DNA of 28,577 nucleotides. It comes from Chiloscyllium plagiosum (Eukaryota). Shown in pieces: positions 22,622 to 28,577 of this stretch; the stretch's first letter is position 1, and each line of letters opens with the position of its first letter. The stretch lies in contig NC_057753.1 in assembly GCF_004010195.1 (NCBI RefSeq), positions 6,199,520 through 6,228,096 of the forward strand. Reading direction: 5' to 3'. The notes under the pieces were generated by a model. That model saw nothing but the letters and a program-made list of their open reading frames with translations, searched no databases and was not told the origin of the DNA. The position numbers and the translations under genes were made by a program.

Positions 22622-24711
22622 GAGTTCAAAATCCATTATTGTGAATAAATACTGATTTCCACTTTGTACTTGAGTTAGGCGACCTACGTGTTCAATTAAG
22701 ACTCTTGTGAAAGGTTCCTGAAATGCTGAAATAGGTATTAAAGGCGCAACTTACATTACTGCCTGTGTTTGTTCAATTTGCTGACATGTATGACATTTTT
22801 AGCAAATTTCAAACACATCCTTGTGTTGTCCAAGCCAGTAAAAATATATTTGTATTTCAGCATAAGTTTCCTTACCCTTGATTGAGCTCCAAGTGTTAGC
22901 TCACGCACCACTCGCAGCATCGCCTTTTTTTGACCTCCTGACAAAGCAATCTGATGAACGACTACCCATTTTTCATCTGCTTGAATGTGTGATGGTGTCC
23001 ATTTCCTCATTATACTGTAATTTGTTAATTAATAACGCAGAGGGATGCATTCATTCTCCTACTCTGCGTCCGCCTTTTGATGCAACTGTTTTAACTTCTC
23101 ACCTTTCTGCTGTAATTCAATACGTTTAGCAGAGCTAAAGATACTTACATGTTTACCGAGTTGCTCCTGCTTTGTCCCACTTACCTGATCAAAAAAAAAA
23201 TGTCCCTGATAAAGCTATGCCAGCTTCCTTATCTATGCCTATGGATCTCTATTGCTTCAACTTTTGCCACTGTGGTTTTGTGATCGCACAATCTGGGAAA
23301 ATTCCTGGATAAACACCCTTCATTTCTTCAGTTGCCTGTGTCTCCACTGGCTTTTCAACTAGAGTAGGCGGTACGCCTACTGGTGAATGAGTTGTGTCAT
23401 TTGCAAGGACAAGTTTTATTCCTGGAGCTGCGAGTTTGACCGGTACCCCTGCCTCAATTTCTCCACTCTTCTGGGGACTCTCTCGCCTCACTTTACATAA
23501 TTGAGCAGTCTTTATCTTACCATGAGTCCCTGTTACCTGTACATTTTCTGTCAATAACCCAGTGGGATACACATTTCCTCATTCTTTAGCATCACAGACT
23601 GAGAGGATCCTGTGTCCCTTGATATTGTAACCTCTTTACCTGCTACTCCTGGCCTATGTGAGTAAACTTTACCCTTCCATGTATATTGTAAGCAGATCTA
23701 ACACATCCTCCTTAATCAACCTCTAATCATATTGTGCAGACAGAAGTTTGTGTCTAACTTCCCTTTCATGATTTTTGTTTTGTTACTCGCCAACAAAACT
23801 CCCATACTTGTCCGATTTTCCTACATCTGGCTTTCTCCTAGCCCACCAACACTGTGATTTCCTGTGGCCCACTTTATTACAATATATAACTGGAGCTTTA
23901 CAACATCTTTGTCCCCCTCACGGGATTGTTTTCTACTTTGTGGTAAGTTATCTTTATGATCTTCACTGAGATCTAACTTTCCCCTTACACGTGAGGATTT
24001 CTAGTTTTCCCTCTTTCTATCTTTCATAGACTAAAATTCATTCTGGAAGCCAAACGTAGTTTTATGGACCAACTCATAATCATCGGCCACTTCAGCTGCC
24101 ACTCATGCCATTTTAACACTCTATTGTTTCCACTGAGTTCGCACTACTGCCTCGCTAATGTTACCTTCTGCTTTTATCTCCAGCTATTTAAGCTGACTTT
24201 CCTTTTTAAGTATCAGTTTCTGAAGTTCAAACGCTCTCTCTTTTCTCTCTGTCTGCTACTCTGCCTTTTTCTTTCTGTTTTGCTGCTCTCTTTTTTCCCT
24301 CTCTTGAGCTGCTCTCCCTTTTTTCCCTCTCTTCTGATTTTAATCGCAACACAAAGTGGTTCAATGCTGCCCTTTCCTTATCTTTCGCCTCTGACTCAAT
24401 CTGTTTAATTTGCAATTGAATTATTGTCGTCTCTACGGAATCTGATAGTTTCTCTAGCAAGTTTAAATGCTGAGCTTTTTTTGTAATTATCTATCCTTTC
24501 CTCACAGGAGCAGGCACTTCCAATCGCAGCTGGTCTCCTCCGTCTTGCAGCTTGGTGTTATTCATCTTTTGAAACTTTTCCAAAGTCACCGCATTCTCTT
24601 CCATAAACGTTTTGGTGACTGAAAGGGCGATGACTATCACAAAGTTTTTTTTCTGCCGAACCAAACCAACAACCAGGATAAAACATCAGGATCTACTACT
24701 CACTCTTTTAA

Positions 24712-24730
24712 ATCCTGCAAAGAACCCCCA
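24712..24730 (-). promoter_or_regulatory. Primer-binding site, tRNA-Pro type (degenerate)
   Basis: Minus strand TGGGGGTTCTTTGCAGGAT, 3 nt after the LTR end, versus the canonical Pro PBS TGGGGGCTCGTCCGGGAT. Confidence 0.7.
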
Positions 24731-24733
24731 GTC

Positions 24734-25377
24734 TGTTGTGGACGAGGCCAGACCACTCAAAATATTAAGCAGACATCCGAGACCCTAACTTTGCAATTTG
24801 TTTCGGTAGGTGTCCAGTGAAAATTACCCAGAGTTAGTTCGTTAGGTTCATCGCCAGGTTTTGAAACAGAAAAAAAAAATCATGCAATTACGCAAGGAAA
24901 CATGAAGAAGAGAATGAAGTACCCCTATGGAACGCAGTCTTTTCAAACTAGACTTAATTATACTGTTCCGAATATACACAGCAGTTCCAATAAGCAAACT
25001 TCCTTAAACAGTACAAATGCAACAAATGCTCATTATGAAGGCACAAGAGACAGAGTTTCGCAACGTGTTTCCACACTGTTCACTTTTTAATTCTTAATCA
25101 GTTCTAGACTGAACTGCTGTAACTTAACTTTTGCTTCCAAAGCTGACCACTCCCATTGCATTATACAGGTCACTTCTGAAACATGACCATTGTGGTCTGA
25201 CGTTTCATTTGTTTACTTTTCTAAAAAGGTCCTTTTAATACCCTTGAATCTCTGTACCAAACCAGTTTAATTGGAAACAGAAGTGGTTTACGACTCCTCT
25301 GAAAATAACCAAAGGCACAGTACCCTTGAGAAAAGAAACAGCTTTTAGTAAAGAATAAAGTGACCAGGTTTGTGACA
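24734..25377 (-). repeat. 5' LTR of the Gypsy element (~644 bp)
   Basis: TGT...ACA termini (tgttgtgg ... tttgtgaca), adjacent to the PBS and upstream of gag. Confidence 0.75.
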
Positions 25378-27210
25378 CTGAGATTGTGTGGAGACTGAAA
25401 GTTGTCCCTCTGCCTGCTGAGGAACAATGAAGTATTGTTCTTCAGGATATTGGGATCAATTTTTGGCAGCACTGTTGTTCAGTATTTAATAGGGTTGCTG
25501 CACAACTCCGGTGACCACATTCGATACCAGCCTGGGTAATTGCCTGTGTCTAGGTTGTACGCTCTCACTGTGTCTACATGACATTTCTCTGGCTGCTCCA
25601 GTTTCCACCCAAGTCCATAGATGTGCAGATTTGGTAGGTTGGCCATGTTAAATTGCCAAGAACGACTGGACATGTGAAGGTTTGTCGGGTTAGCCGCGGT
25701 TACCTTTGGCTACAGTTTCAGGGGTAGTGAAGAGTGCGTGTCTGGGCAAGTGATCTCTGAAGGGTCAGTGTCGACTCGAATCAGAATGGCTTGATTCCAC
25801 ACTATTGGGATTCTGTGATCTCATTGATGAGTCGACTGGTTTACTTCTACAACTACGTTTCATGTCTCAATCTATGTCTGAACCAGGGAGAAGAGGGGTG
25901 GGGGGCGGGGGGGGAATCATTTTCCCAAAGCTGAAAAGATCTCTGTGCGCTCATGCGAACTGCATGCTCAATTTGTTGCAAATAGGATGATTTAGAGATT
26001 GGATTTGAACCAGGACCGTCCTGACAGACTCTGATTTATTTGCAATCACGATACTGGGGGCAATTTGTGGTGGCGCTGTGGCTGAATGTTTAGTAATGCT
26101 GCCACATTGCGCCACTGACCAAGATTCAATACTAGACTGGGCCATTGTCTTTGGGCGTTTGCATTTTCTCTTGGAATAAGCATCGGTTTCCAATGGCTGC
26201 TCCAGTTTCTGCCCACATTCAAAGATGTGCAGGATGGTCACATTCAAAGATGGTCATGCTGGATTCCCAATAACGTCCAGGGTTATGTGGGCAAGCTGGG
26301 GCGGTCTTGTTTAACCATATATGCCGTTGCAGGGATTATTTAGGTGTGTTTCTAGGTGAATTTTCCATGGAAGGTTGGTGTGTTCTCGATGGTTTGAATG
26401 GTCTGTTTCGACACTAAAGGAATTATATGATCTAAATGATGGGTCGACTGATCTACTTATGCTAAACCATCTCATGTCGTAAAGCATCTCTGAAACGGAG
26501 AGCGATGGCGAAGAAGTAATGATTCCCGAAGCTGAACAGCTCTCTGGACGTCCAATCTGCTGTTACTGGAATGATGTACAGATTGAACGTGAACATGTCC
26601 CTCCTGAGGCACACTCATTTATTTTCATTCAGAATATTGGGGACAATTTGTGGCTGTGCTGCAGCTCAATGATTAATACAGCCGGCAAACAGAGCAGAGG
26701 CCTGAATGAATTCTAGGCTCAGCTGATGGTCTGTGCGGAGTTTTCACATTCTTCCCGCGTCAACATGGATTTCCTCCGGCTTCTCGAGTTTCCTCCAACA
26801 TCCAAAGATGTGCAGGGTTGGTGGATTTCCCACGCTAAGTTGCCAATAGCATCCAGGGATATGCAGCACAGGTGGATTACCTATTTTATCCATGGTTATG
26901 GGACGGTGATAGTGGGGTGTGTGTAGTTAGATATTATCTGAAGGGCTGTCGTGGATTCGATGGTCTGAATGGCCTACTTTCACATCGTAGCGATTCTGTA
27001 AGCGCATTGATAGTTGATTGGTCTGCTTATATAATTTATATTTGAAACAAGTGGAGTGAGGGGAGAAGCATTGTTTCTCAAAACTGGATAGCTCTCTGGG
27101 CGTCCATACAAAATTCAGAATCCAATTTGCAGGTACTGGACTGATGGGAAATTTGAATATGCGTCCTGGCCCTCTTGTGGCATTTTTAATTATTTTACTT
27201 CTGAGTATTG
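25378..27210 (+). repeat. Diverged tandem array: three ~570-605 bp units (HE1-like SINE plus shared spacer) and a partial fourth
   Basis: Unit starts gatattgggatcaattttt (25446), gatactgggggcaatttgt (26050), aatattggggacaatttgt (26633); ends at agtattg (27204). Each holds a ~360-bp SINE and the spacer motif ttcccaaagctgaaaagatctctg / ttcccgaagctgaacagctctctg / ttctcaaaactggatagctctctg. Confidence 0.9.
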
Positions 27211-27359
27211 ACCCAGTGATTTATTGGTTTCCTGTTCTGAACGTAGAACCTGCCAATCTATTTGTAATGCTGAATCTATTGGGAACATTCACAACCTCAG
27301 AGAAATAAGGAGAGAAAAGAAAAGTCGCAGAGTTAAATAAAATGATGCTATTGGATGAA

Positions 27360-27644
27360 GTCGTAAAACCACTATAGTGTGGAAGCTGGCTCCTGGTCTA
27401 TGACCTTCACTTCAATCCTTTGAAGAGAAACCTACTCAGGATCAGCCCCTTACTCTATCCATGCATTTACAACGGCTAATCCAACAAATCTACACATCTT
27501 TGGCCTATGGTACAAAATTGGAATAGTTGGAAGAAAAACAAGTATAAACCAGGAGACTATGCAACATCCACAAAGACGGTTGCTCAGAGCTGCACTAGAA
27601 TTCAAGACTGTGGTAGTGTGAGGAAACAGTGTTAACCACGAAGC
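27360..27644 (-). mobile_element. HE1-like SINE, old
   Basis: ctatagtgtggaagctggc...tctacacatctttgg...tgtgaggaaacagtgttaaccac is the reverse complement of the SINE tail, body and head. Confidence 0.75.
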
Positions 27645-28538
27645 TTTTACTTCGGTGTTTCCCTACTTGTTTTTCAATTCTAGCGTCATCATCCTTTCAA
27701 TAAACCTTGATGACATCGCCTGAGCAGATTATTCTCCCTTCTACAAAACCTGTTTCCTTGCGAACTTCTATGAACATTTCATCATGCCTCAAATCACTAT
27801 CCGTTATTTGAGGTCGATATTTGTAACACTGCAAGCAGGTATCCGCCCCGTCACAGTGTTGAAACGCTGTTGTTACAAGCAAAGGCGTCCCTGAACATGG
27901 CTGACGCTAAGATAGGCTACGACTTCTCACTCTTTTGGACCAGTCTGCAGTCACAGCCAATGTTGAGCTTCAAGACAACTCCACTATTTTCCAGCACACT
28001 TGTGGTTTGACTGTTCTATCTCAAATTCTGGCTTTTAGATCACTGACTGTTTGCCTTCCCATTTCAACAAGGCTTTGATGTCCCCAAGGATGTTTTGGCT
28101 ACTTCTTATTTCTCCTGGACATGTTGTGAGGATGCTGTAAATTTAAGAAGAGATTTTGTCTCGGTTTCTTTTACGTGAGTGATGGAATGAGAGGTAGATA
28201 GATGATTAGTTAAGAGCATTTGAGTAAACATTTTTTGGCGAAGTGGGACGTTTTTGGAACAACCTGAATGGGTGCGGTCACCTTTCACAGATTATAATTC
28301 CTTGATTTGGGGTTTCAAACGAATAAGATGCTATTGGTGTCTGAACAGAGTTGGAAGTTTCAATGAATGACTCCTTACTAATATAATCTCAGAGTTTTCT
28401 CATGATGATTTTTGCCTCTTCGATCGGAGAAATGCATGTCAGCATCAGTGTCCGAATTTACCTTCTTTTGAGAAGGGTTGTGTTTATGGGATGGTAATAT
28501 GTAGATTAATAGACCAATGAATGATTGAATAAACTCGA

Positions 28539-28561
28539 GAAAAAAACAAACAAACAAACAA
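28539..28561. repeat. A-run plus (AAAC)n microsatellite
   Basis: aaaaaaaacaaacaaacaaacaa. Confidence 0.85.
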
Positions 28562-28577
28562 TGGTGTAAACAGTCGA

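Larger units (their letters stand above)
20277..25377 (-). mobile_element. Gypsy LTR retrotransposon of the Gmr1 type (LTR-PBS-gag-PR-INT-RT), decayed and 3'-truncated
   Basis: Minus-strand order: LTR 25377-24734; PBS; gag coiled coil (24460-24227); 'VAAEVADDYELVHK'; knuckle remnant 'YCNKVGHRKSQCW' (~23850-23890); protease 'VTISRDTGSSQS' (DTG 23616-23608); integrase zinc region (23010-22756) and 'EPFTRVLIEHVG...GNQYLFTIMD'; integrase C-terminus 'FGHEVRG...RVCHVNML'; RT 'KQHP...MLQDGI', 'LCVD', 'APATFQ', YLDG (20477-20466). Confidence 0.92.

Noticed and set aside
24227..24460. Charged coiled-coil ORF as a host gene
   Set aside because: It lies between the PBS and zinc knuckle, so it is Gypsy gag.
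25378..27210. CRISPR-like or prokaryotic repeat-spacer system
   Set aside because: Units are ~590 bp, diverged and SINE-derived, in a vertebrate context with no cas-like ORFs.
27660..28500. Short minus-strand ORFs (27697-27882, 28106-28288)
   Set aside because: No recognisable homology, and all frames are interrupted by stops.

Overview
Eukaryotic, repeat-dominated DNA with two assembly gaps (500 N and 411 N). The repeat and gene content points to a cartilaginous fish (shark); this is inferred from recalled family sequences, not from a database search. The only host gene is the large, intact second exon of a class A GPCR of the shark-expanded GPR139/GPR142-like family (3315-4192, +). The rest is layered, decayed retroelements: several CR1 LINEs (one nearly full length with a zinc finger/esterase ORF1), two Rex1/Babar-type LINEs, tRNA-derived HE1-like SINEs, three Penelope-like remnants carrying minimal hammerhead-ribozyme motifs, and a truncated Gypsy LTR element with the unusual Gmr1-type order gag-PR-INT-RT. 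The most notable structures are an old tandem array of ~590-bp SINE-plus-spacer units, a palindromic Penelope remnant with an intact hammerhead core, and a LINE that replaces the Gypsy integrase core. I found no convincing evidence of a wholly new biological system. Family assignments and most element boundaries are by eye and approximate.
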